Assembly: GCA_964016885.1 (NCBI GenBank)
Contig: OZ024740.1
Coordinates: forward strand, 55,180,001-55,244,000
From: Eledone cirrhosa
Lineage: Eukaryota
Reading direction: 5' to 3'
DNA: 64,000 bases
How positions within the stretch are numbered: the stretch's first letter is position 1; every line of letters starts with the position of its first letter. Of this stretch, positions 1 through 15,371 are shown piece by piece. A model generated the notes under the pieces. That model searched no databases, had not been told where the DNA came from, and saw only the letters and a list, made by a program, of their open reading frames with translations. The position numbers were made by a program, and so were the translations under genes.

Positions 1-442
1 AGGTTTAGCATCTTATGTGGCATAGACTCATATCGGCACCAAACTTGTAAGGGGAATTGGATAAACGGAAGCTGTTTCGGAGACTGTCCAGATCTAAGCA
101 CACAATATATAGGGAAACCGTCCAGCATTCCATTACTCATGCTTCTGTTCTTGGAAAAATCTCAGAGAAATATTTTGAGGATTATGTAAAATCATTACGC
201 TGACATTCTGAGTAAGTGTATGCTTTATGCTTTAAATTGGAACTTAAGCAACTTATACAGCATATATATGTTATTTATTATGCAAGATCATTCCGAACAA
301 TATATCAATAACCAATGTTTCTTGCTAGCAGAAAATATCCCTGACGCATTCTTTCAGTGAATATGTGGCAGGAGACAAGTTTTATTCTACCAAACGTGCT
401 GATTATTCCACACCTCGGCATATATATATATATATAAAGGGG

Positions 443-664
<222 letters not shown>

Positions 665-1132
665 TAGTCAGAGCCAGACCAAGATATTTGCTTATATATA
701 TATAATTGGATTTTTCACTTATATGTTCATATTTATGGTGCTATTAAATAAAACAATAACAACAGTAGCAGTAACTACAACAATAATAATACCAATAATA
801 ATAATAATCCTAAAACAATGAAGATAACGATAACAAAATTATATAAATATTAGAAAATCAAAAAAAATCAAACAATAAATGAACAATGAAATTTTTTTTT
901 TTTTTCGAAAGTGAATGGCATGGAGTATATTAATAGTTGTGTAGGACAGATTATCACCATGTCCTTGCTACGTTATCTCTTTCCTCTGCCTTGTGGAATT
1001 ATATGCTCACGGTCTCTTTCAGTGTCCGTCTCGTACTAACTTGTCGGCGTTTGCTCGGGGCGATGTAAGTGAATATGTATCATTAAAATTGATCAGAGCA
1101 TGGCTCGGTCATAAATATAGGAGCAACTATTT

Positions 1133-1361
<229 letters not shown>

Positions 1362-1994
1362 CTCGTGAGAAGTGACTCAAACAATGCTGAGAGAATCTAG
1401 AGCTGTGATTGTGACAGTGCGATGCAAGGGTTACTGTAGGGTAATTTGAATAATTTAGGAGCTATTTTCTAACTATTTTAAACACCAAACCTGCTGTACA
1501 TTGAGTGAGAGGAGACCAAGCATGGTGCAAAAGCATTAAAAGTCATCAAACTCGAGTAATAGGATGATCGCCATTGGATTAATTTTAATGGAATCCAAGC
1601 TCTTGCACCAGATTTAAGGCATCCCTTTCCCAATCTAGAAAGACTTTCAAGCATGGTAAGAGACTTCGCCCTATCGAATCTTAAAAAAGAAACAAAGATG
1701 TACGAGCCTTCTGTGTATATTTTCGGTTCTATTGAATTTAAGAAGAATATTGTCTTTATAGTTAGTTGGATAATAACGATATCTCCATACAATATCATTC
1801 GGCTGTTACTATTTGCAAGATAAATGTGTCTAGTGGTATCAGTGTGTTCTCATATATAACAATGATAATTCATGAATTCATGATTATGTTTTGATAACTG
1901 GCAGTGACAGGATTTTATCGATTGATTTATAATGATATTGCAGCGAACTTGGAATCTCTCAGTCTCCCATCTCTGCCCTTTTCTCTCCATTTCC

Positions 1995-2062
<68 letters not shown>

Positions 2063-2072
2063 TTATATATAG

Positions 2073-2124
<52 letters not shown>

Positions 2125-2639
2125 ATCATCTTATATATGATAATTATTTCATAAAATTACTAAGACAACTAATGACTCTTGTCTCATGGTATATGTTTCA
2201 AGATATAATGTTAAATGGTACCTGGGGACGTCCAGACATTAGCTGTAAAATTTCGAATGTGCAATTCAGCGACGTCGTTTCAACTTATTTTAACTGTCGT
2301 ATTCATATTAGTCTACATATAATGCCTTGGTGGAAAAAGTATTGTTTACACGGCTTCTCTTTCTCACACCCTTTACTATATTGTTTGTTTTATATGTGTG
2401 CGTAAAATATGTCATGTATATACTATAAAAACGATGGTGTTGTATATTCGATTGTATCAAATAAGACATACCCTGATAGTGTGCAATGACTAGAACGCAA
2501 ATTGTAAACGATAAAAATAAAAATGGTAAGTATCTTATCAAAATGTTTACATAGTAATCAAAGTTTAGGATATAAAACGTTTTGTTAACAACGAATTTTA
2601 GTTGCTGCGTAATGACAATATGTTAACATTATACTGTAT

Positions 2640-2789
2640 ATGCTTTGTAGCATAGTTATATCCCTTTATGGTCTGAGTTCAAATCCCGTCGAGGTTAACT
2701 TTGCCTTTCATCCTTACGGGGTCGATAAAATAAAATACCAGTAATGTACTGGAATAATTGCTGGCCTTGTGCCAAAAGTAGAAACAATT
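2640..2789 (+). mobile_element. tRNA-derived SINE family S1, short form, 5'-truncated
   Basis: B-box-like GAGTTCAAATCC, body GCCTTTCATCCTTACGGGGTCGATAAAAT, 3' end GGCCTTGTGCCAAAAGTAGAAAC; flanked by the near-direct repeat ATTRTACTGTATATG. Confidence 0.88.
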
Positions 2790-4350
2790 GTACTGTATAT
2801 GAATCTGCATTATCTAAGTAGTTATTTAATACAACTAGTGATCGAAATAATTGGGACCGTTAGATAAGTCACCTATTGTTTAGGTATAATATGATATTAA
2901 TTTAACAATAGTACTTTGATGCCATGAAAAAAACGAGAGAAAAATGCCTACTCTACTTGATGCCTTTATGTAACTAGGATAAAGCGGTAGGAGCCTCGCA
3001 GAAATTGGCCACACAAATGTATAGAGAATATGAGCTTCTTTAAGCTGGACGGATGTCCATCTGGAATGGGAGTGTGACGAAATCAGAAACGTTAGCACTT
3101 TAAGATGTCAATCTGTAGTATATTGGCTGCGAAATGTTATCGGAATTATCAGAAGTCAGACAGAATGTCACTAAGCAGGCACATGGATAGAGAGGCAAGT
3201 ATACGGTCAGATAGACAGACAGCTAGCTATCTAGCTAGATAGAGAGTTAACAAGAGAGAAAGAAAATTAGAATGTTATACAGAGATTTATTTTAGGAGAT
3301 TTGTGCTATAACTAATATTAGCTATAATACAATGAAGAATGTGGACAATGACGTAATTTAGTTACGGAGAAATGACAGTTGACACATGTCAGCCTGGCGA
3401 AAGTTTCCTTAAAATGACGGATGTGAGAAATATCGAATATTAGCTATAGGGTCAAAACCGATGTGCAATGACAGATATATGTGATGACACATATTAGGCA
3501 CAGGTTAATGACAGATATCTAATAACAAACAAGACTAAGAACATGTTATTTACAGAGTAAAGATATACGTGTACAATAAATAACACGATGCACCATTAAA
3601 CACATTAGTCATTACATTCAAGTGCGTTATTCTGTAAATAACATATTATTAGGCTCATGTGTCATTATACATATGTCAGTACGCGATAACTGATGCTTGT
3701 TATCACACACATCTGTCAGTATATATTTGTGACAAGTGAATTGTCAGGTGTCAGTTAAAGCATGTGTTATTTCTATGATGCAATAACATAAAATATTGTA
3801 ATTACACATTATAATATGCAGGATGGTGTAGCTGAAGTGTTTCAAAAGAAATTTATTTTTAGCATAGTGACACGTATCTAAGTGGTAAATGCTCCATATC
3901 AGGTTTTATGATTTATATAAATCAAAAAAGGGGGAGACAACTCCAACAATATCAACAAATCCAAATGTTGGTAAAGAAAAGCAATGCATATATATATGCG
4001 TGTGTGTTTGTGAGCATAATTGTGTGTGAATGTGTTCCTGTTTGCGCACGTGCGTGTATTTTTAAAATCATCTTGTTAATCGTCACATTATTTGTAGTAA
4101 CCTTAAGTTGTTTCAAAACGTGAATTCACGTAAATTTAGTTGCCTTGTGGAGGGCTGTTCCCTGGGGCATCTAAAAAGAAATCTGCTGCCGCAAACTATA
4201 GATATAATACAATGGAATTTGATGCATATATGTTCCTTGAAAAACACATGTGCGTCTCCGAGAGAACGTCGGAAAATTAAGTTAATAGTCATGTCTATAT
4301 TTAAGATTAAACGCGCTTGCACACACTCACAAATAGACGCACACACATAC

Positions 4351-4396
<46 letters not shown>

Positions 4397-4400
4397 GGGC

Positions 4401-4435
<35 letters not shown>

Positions 4436-5605
4436 TGTGTGTTTGTGTGTGTATGTGCGCGCGAGCGTGAGTGTGGATGTCTATGTATACACCAGGCGTC
4501 CACACACTTTCCGCTTACCAAATTTGACTTTCAAAGATTGATGCAGTCGAGGCTAAGATAGAAGACACGTATTGTACAATGCTGTGAGATAGAACCTGAA
4601 AACATGATGCTGCGAAGGAAATTTCTTAACCATTGAAACATACCTTCATCTATGTATATATAATTAGTTTATCTATTTCACAGAAATTGTTATTTATATT
4701 GAGAAAAATTTCAGTTTCAAACATATTGTTTTCTGTTTTATACGGAAGTAAATTTAAGGAAGACTCGTGTACCAGTGACTAAAAATATTTAATCTCAACG
4801 GTGCCTCATTGACCCGCTCTTTTTAATGATCACATTTAAATTCTATTTTATTATTATATGTTTTTTTTTTCATTTTATTTCGTATATTATTTAGTCTTTG
4901 TATTTTCGTGTATCTATGCTTGTGGTGTTTTTGTTTTATGATATGATAGCCAGTTCCAATAACTTAATTGGCAAAGCCGAGTATGACGATAGCCTCCGGT
5001 TACAGACACACCTCTGTATGTGTAACCATCTGCACGTGACACTTTAGTAGGCTGCAACGGTGTCACATCCTGGGTCACTAAAGTGCGCTCATTTGATTGA
5101 CAGTCAGGTAAACTGGCCGGTCCGCATTATTCAAAAGAACTGAAACAGTTGAATTAACAAAACAAAATCAAGAAAAAAAAAAGAAAGGTTAGAAAAGAAA
5201 GAAAAAATTATTTTCCTACTGTAGGTGAACTATTTGTCACCGGCTACACGTTTACAGATGTATATACTTACACGATCACAGACACACACATAAACATACA
5301 AACGCACACACACATATATACATACAAACAAACATAGTTACATATATATATACATATATACAAACATACACTTGCAAAACCACATAAATATACATAATTT
5401 ATGTAGACGTACGGCAAACAAGATGGCAGGAATATTACCTTCAGCATATTACCAGGTGAAGTATTTTCAAAAGTTATAAATTTTTACTGCATTGTAATTT
5501 CCTCAACAAACGCACACTCATAAACTCACACGCACACTCATAAACTCACACGCACTCACATATAGGAGCTGTATGTCTTATATATATAGGAGATGTATGT
5601 CTTAT

Positions 5606-5992
5606 AATAATTGTTTCTACTTTTGGGCCAGTGCATTACTGGTACTTTATTTTATCGACCCAGTAAGGATGAAAGGCAAAGTTAACCTCGGCGGGATTTG
5701 AACTCAGAATAGCAAGGGCCGTAACTCTATGCGTCAATGCATGGCGTCCAACCCTCTACCGATACTGCCAGTTCAATGATTTCTAGTATAGGCACAAGGC
5801 CAGTAATTTGGTGGAAGGGGAAAGTCGATTAAATCGAACCCAGTACGTTACTGGTGCTTTATTTTATCGACTTCGTAAGAATGAAAGGCAAAAGTAACCC
5901 CGGCGGGATTTGAACTCAGACTGTAAAGGGACGTAGCTCTTTGTTGCAAAGCATGGTGTCCAGCTCTCTACCGATACTGTTAATCCACCGCC
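5606..5992 (-). mobile_element. Head-to-tail pair of S1 SINEs (long form 5992-5778, short form 5775-5606)
   Basis: Two reverse-complement copies of the S1 consensus; 18-bp direct repeat TGTATGTCTTATAATAAT at 5594-5611 and 5995-6012. Confidence 0.9.
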
Positions 5993-6052
5993 CTTGTATG
6001 TCTTATAATAATATCTACACACTGCTTTCTTTAATGTATGGAGTACTAATTT

Positions 6053-6207
6053 TAATAATTGTTTCTACTTTTGGCACAAGGCCAGCGATTACCCCAGTGC
6101 ATTACTGGTACTTTATTTTGTCTACCCCGCAAGGATGAAAGGCAAAGTTAACCTTGGTGGGATTTGAACTCAGAACGTAAAGGGCCATAACTCTATGCAA
6201 CAAAGCA
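6053..6207 (-). mobile_element. S1 SINE, short form, 5'-truncated
   Basis: Match to the S1 consensus (GGATGAAAGGCAAAGTTAACC...GATTTGAACTCAG). Confidence 0.88.
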
Positions 6208-6295
6208 CAATTCGTATCTCAATTTATAACATTTTGTCCTTATACGTACACTCACAAATAAACACACACACAACGCACGCATACAAATATTTACA

Positions 6296-6326
<31 letters not shown>

Positions 6327-6722
6327 GCGTGTGAGTGTGTGTGTGTGTGTGTGTGTTTGTGTGTGATTGTATGTGTTTGCTTAGAGTGGGAGGTCGTATG
6401 TTGTAAGTAGTGTTTATGTGTGTGTGTGTGTGTATCTGTGTGTGATTGTATACGTTTGCTTGGAGTGGTGGGTCCTATGTGTGTAAGTGTGTGTAAGTGT
6501 GTTTGTGTGTGTGTGTGTATGCAAAAAGTAAACAGAAATAACAAAGGGAACAATACAGTTTTATGACAAAATATATTAGTTCCATTCTTGATATAATAGT
6601 TTCGAACAATAGTCTTTCATCAGGAGATACAATGAATAATTGAAGAAGAAAGAGAAAAGAAAGATAGAATGTGAGAGGAGGAACGGGAAGCATTTTATTT
6701 TTTTTTGAGGGGGGAAAAACAC

Positions 6723-6851
<129 letters not shown>

Positions 6852-6897
6852 TATGTTTGATGTGACCGACATTTCATATACATACACACATACACAC

Positions 6898-7416
<519 letters not shown>

Positions 7417-8425
7417 CATACCTAGGGAAGTAGCTAGACACATCGTCTAGTATTTCATACTATCACAAACAACACAGTGATACGAGAGATGTTTTTGATC
7501 TGATCAAACAGCTTTCTTCTTCTTCTTCTTCTTCTTCTTCTTCTTCTTCTTCTTCTTCTTCTTCTTCTAGCATCCCTGTAAATTTCCATGTGCCCAAATT
7601 ACGTAAAAGTCCTGTCCCTTTCCGTCCATTTTACCATAATAATTCTCGCTTACCTATGTTCGTGTGTACATGAACGCTCGCGGGTATGTATGTGTCACTT
7701 GTGATTAAGAGACAAATTATATAATAGAGTTACTTGAATGTTTTTAGCAAGGTGCAATATCTCATAAGCAATGAAAACAACAATAATGTAGATTCTATCC
7801 GGTCAGTAAACCTAGTAAAAATGAGTAACAATTCCCCCTCAAATCATACCCTACTCTATTAGGATATGAAATGATATAAACCAGATTGCCAAAGCTGGAA
7901 CACATTTCATTGTAGGTCTGCTGAGACAGTATTGGCCTGTGGCTAAACAACATCAACAACTGAAATGAATGATAACGTAATTCAGCATAATGTTTATTTA
8001 GATTATGCATTTCCTGTTGCACAACAGTGAGAGGAACCTCACCGTGGTGGAACAAGTTAGTATCAAAACCGTGCTTATGTTACGTCAGCTTCAATAGCCT
8101 GGACATTTCATACGAATACAGGAACATCGGTTTCTCAAAAAACTGTTATGCTGACGGAAGGAATTGGCACACGAAGATGATAAATGAAACTGTTCAAAGA
8201 TTTAGTGAAAGGAAATGTGAAAATATTCTTGTTTCAGTGTATACGAGTGCGAATAGATGGAGAATAACCGACGAATAGTGAGAGATTCTCCATGAACATA
8301 ATTAAATATTTACTAAACCTGAAACAAAGATAGCCAGTAGTATATTAAAATGTATCCATATGCTTATCTCTCATATGAAACAGATCAGGAAAAGGATGCA
8401 ATGAAAGCTTAACCAATCTAAATCA

Positions 8426-8428
<3 letters not shown>

Positions 8429-8458
<30 letters not shown>

Positions 8459-8716
8459 TGTATGTATGTATGTATGTATGTATGTATGTATGTATGTATG
8501 CATGTATGCATGTATGTATGTATGTATGTATGTATGCATGTATGCATGTATGTATGCATGTATGTATGTATGTATGTATGCATGTATGCATGTATGTATG
8601 CATGTATGTATGTATGTATGTATGTATGTATGTATGTATGTATGCATGTATGCATGTATGTATGTATGTATGTATGTATGTATGTATGTATGCATGTATG
8701 TATGTATGTATGTATG

Positions 8717-8745
<29 letters not shown>
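8429..8745. repeat. (TATG)n/(CATG) microsatellite
   Basis: Directly visible. Confidence 0.97.
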
Positions 8746-8747
<2 letters not shown>

Positions 8748-9270
8748 CCCAGTACAACCTGTCACATGGTCAGGACGTCGGCGACTAAACCGGCAACCCC
8801 ACCAAGTTTACTTGGTGAAGAGGGTGATTCTGGACACCTTGCAGGACACAAAACTAAATCTGACAAAGGGCGTAAGAGTCAACGGCATAAGAGTCAACGG
8901 CCATCCAAAAGTGTGTAAATATGTATATACACATGTACATATGTATGTATATGTATATGTGTATATGCATGGGTGCATGTGTATGTATATGCGCGGGGAC
9001 ATAGAAATAGTCAGGCTGGACACCCGATCGCGCGGTTAAACCACAGCGAGTAAAGGACCCCTAGCCTTTGTCAGGGCATTCTTCTAGGAGAAGGCAACTC
9101 AGGAAACTGGGATAACTCTGATATAAAACCAGCGACTCAGTAGTTACCGATGATGTTGATCTTTTCTTCTTTTCGGGTTATAGCTACTGTCGCTCAGAGA
9201 GTGGGATTGGCTCAGTGCGCAGTCTTTCCTCACTTTAAAAATATCTTCACGGACAGGCATTGCACGATAG
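8744..9270 (+). mobile_element. Interspersed repeat resembling an RTE-clade LINE 5' UTR; second copy at about 61636-61866
   Basis: Shares AAGAGTCAAYGGCCATCCAAAA, GACCCC.TAGCCTTTGTCA, CTAGGAGAAGG and GAGAGTGGGAYTGGC with 61636-61866; the RTE assignment rests on recall of the CTAGGAGAAGGAAAACTCTG motif. Confidence 0.5.
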
Positions 9271-9498
9271 AATTAATTATTATTAATAATGGTATATCGT
9301 GCTAAGGCCATACTCGATAACGAGGGGGCAGCCATCATCATATATGTATGTATATGTATGTATAAATGTATGTATGTATGCATGTATGTATGAATGTATG
9401 TATGTATGTATATATGCATGTATGTATGTATGTATGTATGCATGTATGTATGTATGCATGCATGTATGTATGTATGTATGTATGTATGTATGTATCTA

Positions 9499-9700
9499 GA
9501 TCGACTTTTCTGAAGGAAGGCAGTGCATGATGGGAGGGGAGAATTTGAAAGAAACCGTGTTGAGTATGAACAGCTCAAGCGGTTAGCTCGTAAGAGCGTT
9601 GAGTTTGGTTTCTTGTCATGCAAGTTGATTTAACCTGTAAAGAATGTGGCCGGTCTTGCCTAAGTAGGGCAGACCTAGGAAGTTATGGGGACACTGTCAG
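9499..9700 (+). mobile_element. Degenerate C-terminus of an RTE/BovB-like LINE ORF
   Basis: Manual translation [31 protein letters not shown], then after a frameshift LTCKECGRSCLSRADLGS, resembling the BovB-type C-terminal zinc finger. Confidence 0.6.
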
Positions 9701-10507
9701 CTGTGCATTGTAAGGCATTTTTGTTTGTAGGTAGTATGGAAAAGTGTGTACCTCATTTGGTGAGTTGAAGCGTAATTTGAATGAATGTGCATCAAACTCA
9801 CACGCACATAATCGAGCCAACAAAAGAACCTCTACGTGGTTTCTTGACTCACTAGAAATAGAAATAGAATCTACATCAAATCACATACAAAAATACGCTA
9901 CATGGATCATCTAGTCGTGTGCGCCATATTTTGTTTTAAAGGCAAGGAGATATTGGACATCATGTCAGTCAAAACGTTATCCACAGAATCAGAACATTAT
10001 ACCAGGGCAGCACAAAAATGAAACGATTGTCACGACTAGAATGTTCTATCATGTGTGCACAACCGAGTTTGACTTGACGCTCAAGAATCATGCATGGTCT
10101 CGTAAATCGTAAAAACGTGGTAGAGGCGCCGTAGTGATATATGGCTTTTTAGGTATTCTAAAACCTGGCGGAGCCCATAGCCTCTACAGATCTGAATACA
10201 TCAGATTTCTTCCAAAGAAGGATAGAGAGTGGGAACATTGAAGTGAGAAAAAGATTTACAGGATGAAATATTATTACTCCAGTAATAAACTGGCACATTT
10301 TTTTCATCAACATTGAATGGATGAAAGGCAAAGTCTACCTAGGCGAGATTTGAACTCAGAGCGCAGAAAGGCGGAAGGAATATTACAAAGCATTCTATTC
10401 GACATTCTAACGACTCTGCCAATTCGCGAAGCTAAACAAGATTCCTATGACAGATTCTATTCTTTAAAATGCGTCTCCATTTTAAAGGTGCTTTGCACAA
10501 CTTCTCA

Positions 10508-10563
<56 letters not shown>

Positions 10564-11135
10564 ATACTACTACTACGTTTAACATGTCTTCTACAAATAC
10601 ACATCCGTTGTGTGTATGTGTGTATGCCCTCATACACCTCATCACCAACATCATCATCACATCATTATCATCATCATCATCAGCGTCATCAATATCACCA
10701 TCATTATCATCATCATCGTCTTCATCATTATCCTCATCAACAACAACAAAAACATGTCTGTATGTCTCATCCACCCATCCATTTGGCAATCCATCTGTCC
10801 ACCCATCTAGCTATCCACCCTTTCATCCATACACCCGCCCTTTCATCCACACCGCCACCCACCAATTTTATCCCCTACCTCTCGCCCTGTCTCCTTTCAG
10901 TACTTTTATACAAACGACATTCTTTCTATTCTATTTTTATTCCACCTTTTATCTCGTCTATTCTTTTATTCTCTTATTCGATTTTTCATTCATTCATTCA
11001 TTCATTCGGCTATTTATTTATTTATTTACTGTGCAATTTCTTCCTTCTTCTTCGTTGTATATTATTCCATTTCTTTTTCTCTAACATTTTTACTTTTTGG
11101 TTGGTTGAGGGAGTGTAGTTTTTCTTTCTATTACA

Positions 11136-11166
<31 letters not shown>

Positions 11167-11514
11167 CTCAACTTCCTCCTCCTCCTCCTCTTCCTCCTCT
11201 TCCTCCTCTTCCTCCTCTTCCTCCTCCTCCTCCTCCTCCTCCTCCTCCTCCTCATTCTTCTTCTTCTTCTAATGTGTATATGCTTTGAGTTGAAGTAGCG
11301 ACATTCGTTTAGTTTCACAAACGCTGAAAGAACTGGAAAGAGATAGGAGTGAATTACATGGAGATAATAATGGATGGGAGAGAAGGCGGGGGGGGGGGGG
11401 GGGGGGGGCTGAGGAAGAGAGAAAAGAGAGAGGGTAGGTGTGGCAGGGGAAGAAAATAGAGAGATAAGCGCTCAGAGAGAATGAGATATAGTTCGAAAAA
11501 ATATCCCCTCCTCT

Positions 11515-11547
<33 letters not shown>

Positions 11548-11588
11548 GTATATACTCATATGTATGTGTATACTTATATATATCTATG

Positions 11589-11619
<31 letters not shown>

Positions 11620-11695
11620 TTATTTCTATATACCTATGTATATATATGTTTATATATATATGTATTATATTATATATATATATATATAAATATAC

Positions 11696-11808
<113 letters not shown>

Positions 11809-11933
11809 ATATAATACATATATAATATATATATATATATATATGTGAGTGTGTGTGTGTGTGTGTGTGTACATTAACATATATGTATATATCTATGTAC
11901 ATGTATATATACGTGTGTGTGTGAGTGTGTGGC

Positions 11934-11967
<34 letters not shown>

Positions 11968-12333
11968 CATGATGGCGAGAGGTAAGGAAGAAGAGGTGGA
12001 GGGATGAGAATGAGACTAACATGCTGGTAGTGAATCTTGTAAAGATAGTGAGTGAATGAGAAATATTCACGTCTTACAATAATAACAAAATAGTTTTCTA
12101 TAGAAGAAGAGTTCTATAAATGTAAGAAGAACTGTCCTTTATTCTCATATTCTCACTCAGTTGCATGCTTTGGCTGGGTTTTGCCTTTCGTTCTTTCTAG
12201 CTTGTTTTTTTTTCTTCTCAGTACAACTTTTTGTTACGCATTCTCCATTTTCCCTCTAACAGTGTAATCCTAAATATACCAGCGGTCCGACGACATCTGT
12301 ACACACACGCAGTTATACCCAACCCCATATATA

Positions 12334-12529
<196 letters not shown>

Positions 12530-12783
12530 AATATAAATTTATTCCTTCTCTGTAAAACATCGGATGTATTTATATTGAGCTATTTTTCTTAGTGGTAATA
12601 AGTTAGTAATGAGTTACTGACCTTTCCTGTTTATAGTTGTATATAGTGTATATATAACTATAAATAATATTATTATTATTATATATATATATATATATAT
12701 ATATAAAAACACATTATCGGAGAAAGCTTTTAGCGATACTCCGGCCAAATCCCAACTCACTAAACAAACATTAGGAAATAAGA

Positions 12784-12825
<42 letters not shown>

Positions 12826-12900
12826 GGTATATGTATATACCCACATACATACTCAAAAACACACACCTATTAATATATATATATATATGTATGTATATAC

Positions 12901-12978
<78 letters not shown>

Positions 12979-13704
12979 TATATATATATACAGTGTGTGT
13001 GTCTGTGTGTGTTTACGTGTTAAAACACTTTAAGTTACAATGTCTCCTGAAAACCAGAATGAAATTCCTTTAATCACTATTTTCTCCTCAATTAGATCTC
13101 GACTGAGTTAGTGTTTGTGGGGAGATTCCAAACTACCGAAATCAAAAACCTTCTACTGAATTATATATTTCAGGTTTTACCTGATGTCATCCTTATGTAC
13201 TGGGAAGGGCATGTTCAGCGTGTTAAATAGTGGGTGGAAAGTAAGGTGTCACCCTAGCCGAGTCTATTGAATTACTGTAGAGATCAAACTAAACTTTCTA
13301 AGCACTTCGATAACATTCCTCTCCGATACACTTCTAGATGTTTTGTAAACTTAACAACCATGTCTCCTCAGTAAAATAACCTATATAGAGAGAAAAATTA
13401 TATTACGGATGAGGGAAAGAAACTCTTGAACATTTTAAAACTATCTCCTTCCTATCAGATATGGAAAATGCATTTGTTAGAGAGGCATGCTGTACACGCA
13501 GCGAGCTTAACTAATTAATAGTTTGATTCCCGGCTGATTATGTTTCGAGTTAAAGTTTGTCATTCAACCTTGATAAAATAAAGTGGCAACTCTATGACCC
13601 AGTGAGGTTAACGTTTTCTTTCATACTTCCAGGTACAATAGAATAATCTACCAATGGTTCGACTCAATGAATTTGTATTCCCCTTTCAAATAATAAAAAC
13701 ATGT

Positions 13705-13930
13705 GAGCTTGAACCTAGATCAAACCTGGTTGAGCAGAATTATGATCAAAGTTATTCTAGCTTTGGCCACCTTATATTTGCTGTTTTCTTGCATAGCATG
13801 TGTTTATGATTACATTACTCATCCCAAATTTTCCTTTCGTTTGTTATACTTGTTTGCTTTGAGATAGAAGGGTATGCGATAAAATACAAATTTAGCTGTG
13901 TTTTCTAGCAGATTGAGTAACCTCATAGAA
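13705..13930 (+). mobile_element. Old interspersed repeat family S3 (other degenerate copies at about 7870-7960 minus, 9820-10085 minus, 42480-42680 minus, 54255-54460 plus)
   Basis: Shared degenerate motif (GTT)n-TTAGCC..GGTCAG...GAGCAGACCTATGATCAAAGG..TTCCAGC and a downstream TTTAGCTG..TTTCTAGCA. Confidence 0.5.
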
Positions 13931-14345
13931 TCGTGCCTGGTGCGTAAAATAAGTTTATCAATTTTTATATTGCTTAGTTAGTGTTAATATATTTCATTCA
14001 TAGAGTTAGAAAGAATCATTATTGAATAATTTATCTGGAATTAGTTGAGATTTCAACAACTGATGGAACAACAATAGGAGTAGTAACAGCAGCAGTGACA
14101 GCAGCAGCAGCAACATCAGCAATAATCTCAGTATAAAGTAGCGCTATTATCACCTTCATCAGCATCATCATCGGCAGCGGGCTAATAACTGTAATAGTAG
14201 CAGCACCAGTCAGCCACTGCAGCTCACCTCTATTAGCGAGTTGAGAGCAAAGAATGACAAATATAAATGATGCCATCATGTACGTTTGTAATGTTTGCAT
14301 CTACGTGTGTGTGTTTGTCTAAGATATCACCCTCTCTCTCCCTTC

Positions 14346-14430
<85 letters not shown>

Positions 14431-14502
14431 CCTCTCTCTCTTTATATATATATATGTGTGTGTGTGTGTATACATATGAAAAGAAAGAGAAAGGTCGGGA
14501 TA

Positions 14503-14558
<56 letters not shown>

Positions 14559-15286
14559 TATATACATATTTGTGAGTTTGTGTTTGTGTGAGTGTGCGTC
14601 TGCGTATTTTTGCGCGTACGTTTATTTTTTTGATCGTTCAGTCAGAGAGAGAGGAGAGAGAGAGAAGGAGAGAGATAGATAGATAGATATATAGATAGAT
14701 AGAGTGATGCTAAAGTTCATGCAGAGACAACGCGATGAACAAAAAAGAGGTGGAATCGAAGACAATCTCCTTTGATTTTGGAAATAACTTACAAAGCCCA
14801 TAGATATAATATACATTACCTCCTCATCAATTTTGTCAGTGTATTCTCAATTTGACATTTTCTAACGAGCCAGCAACTAGAACAACAACATAACCCCTCC
14901 GGTGCAAACCCTCCAGTCCAAGCTGCCTCACTCCAAACCTAACCAGACCAAACCCCCTCAGGTCTAAACCCCTCAAAATCTCTTATTTTCTGCTGGAACT
15001 CAAGCAACTAGATTTTCTGCGTCTATACGTTTAACTAATAATTTTCTCCACTTCCTTAATTTTCCCCTCCCATTCTTTTATATAATATATCCTCCTTCTA
15101 TTTCTTTCTTTCCTCCTTCTTCTCCTCCTAATATGCTTCATTCTCCCCTTTCCTCGTTTTTTGTCAACCTCTCTCTTTGCCCCTCTCTGTATATATATAT
15201 TATATATATATATGGATATATATATATATATATATATAATATATATTATATATATATATATATAATATATATATATATGGATATAT

Positions 15287-15318
<32 letters not shown>

Positions 15319-15332
15319 ATATATATATAATA

Positions 15333-15371
<39 letters not shown>

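Noticed and set aside
1-215. Possible exon ending at a GTAAGT donor near 212
   Set aside because: All three plus-strand frames contain stops and no homology is recognisable; a non-coding exon cannot be excluded.
1478-1830. 106-aa minus-strand ORF and an overlapping plus-strand open stretch
   Set aside because: No recognisable domain; probably decayed transposon or chance.
10118-10135. GGTAGAGGCGC resembling the start of a lysine riboswitch
   Set aside because: Eukaryotic context; the rest of the multi-helix aptamer is absent.
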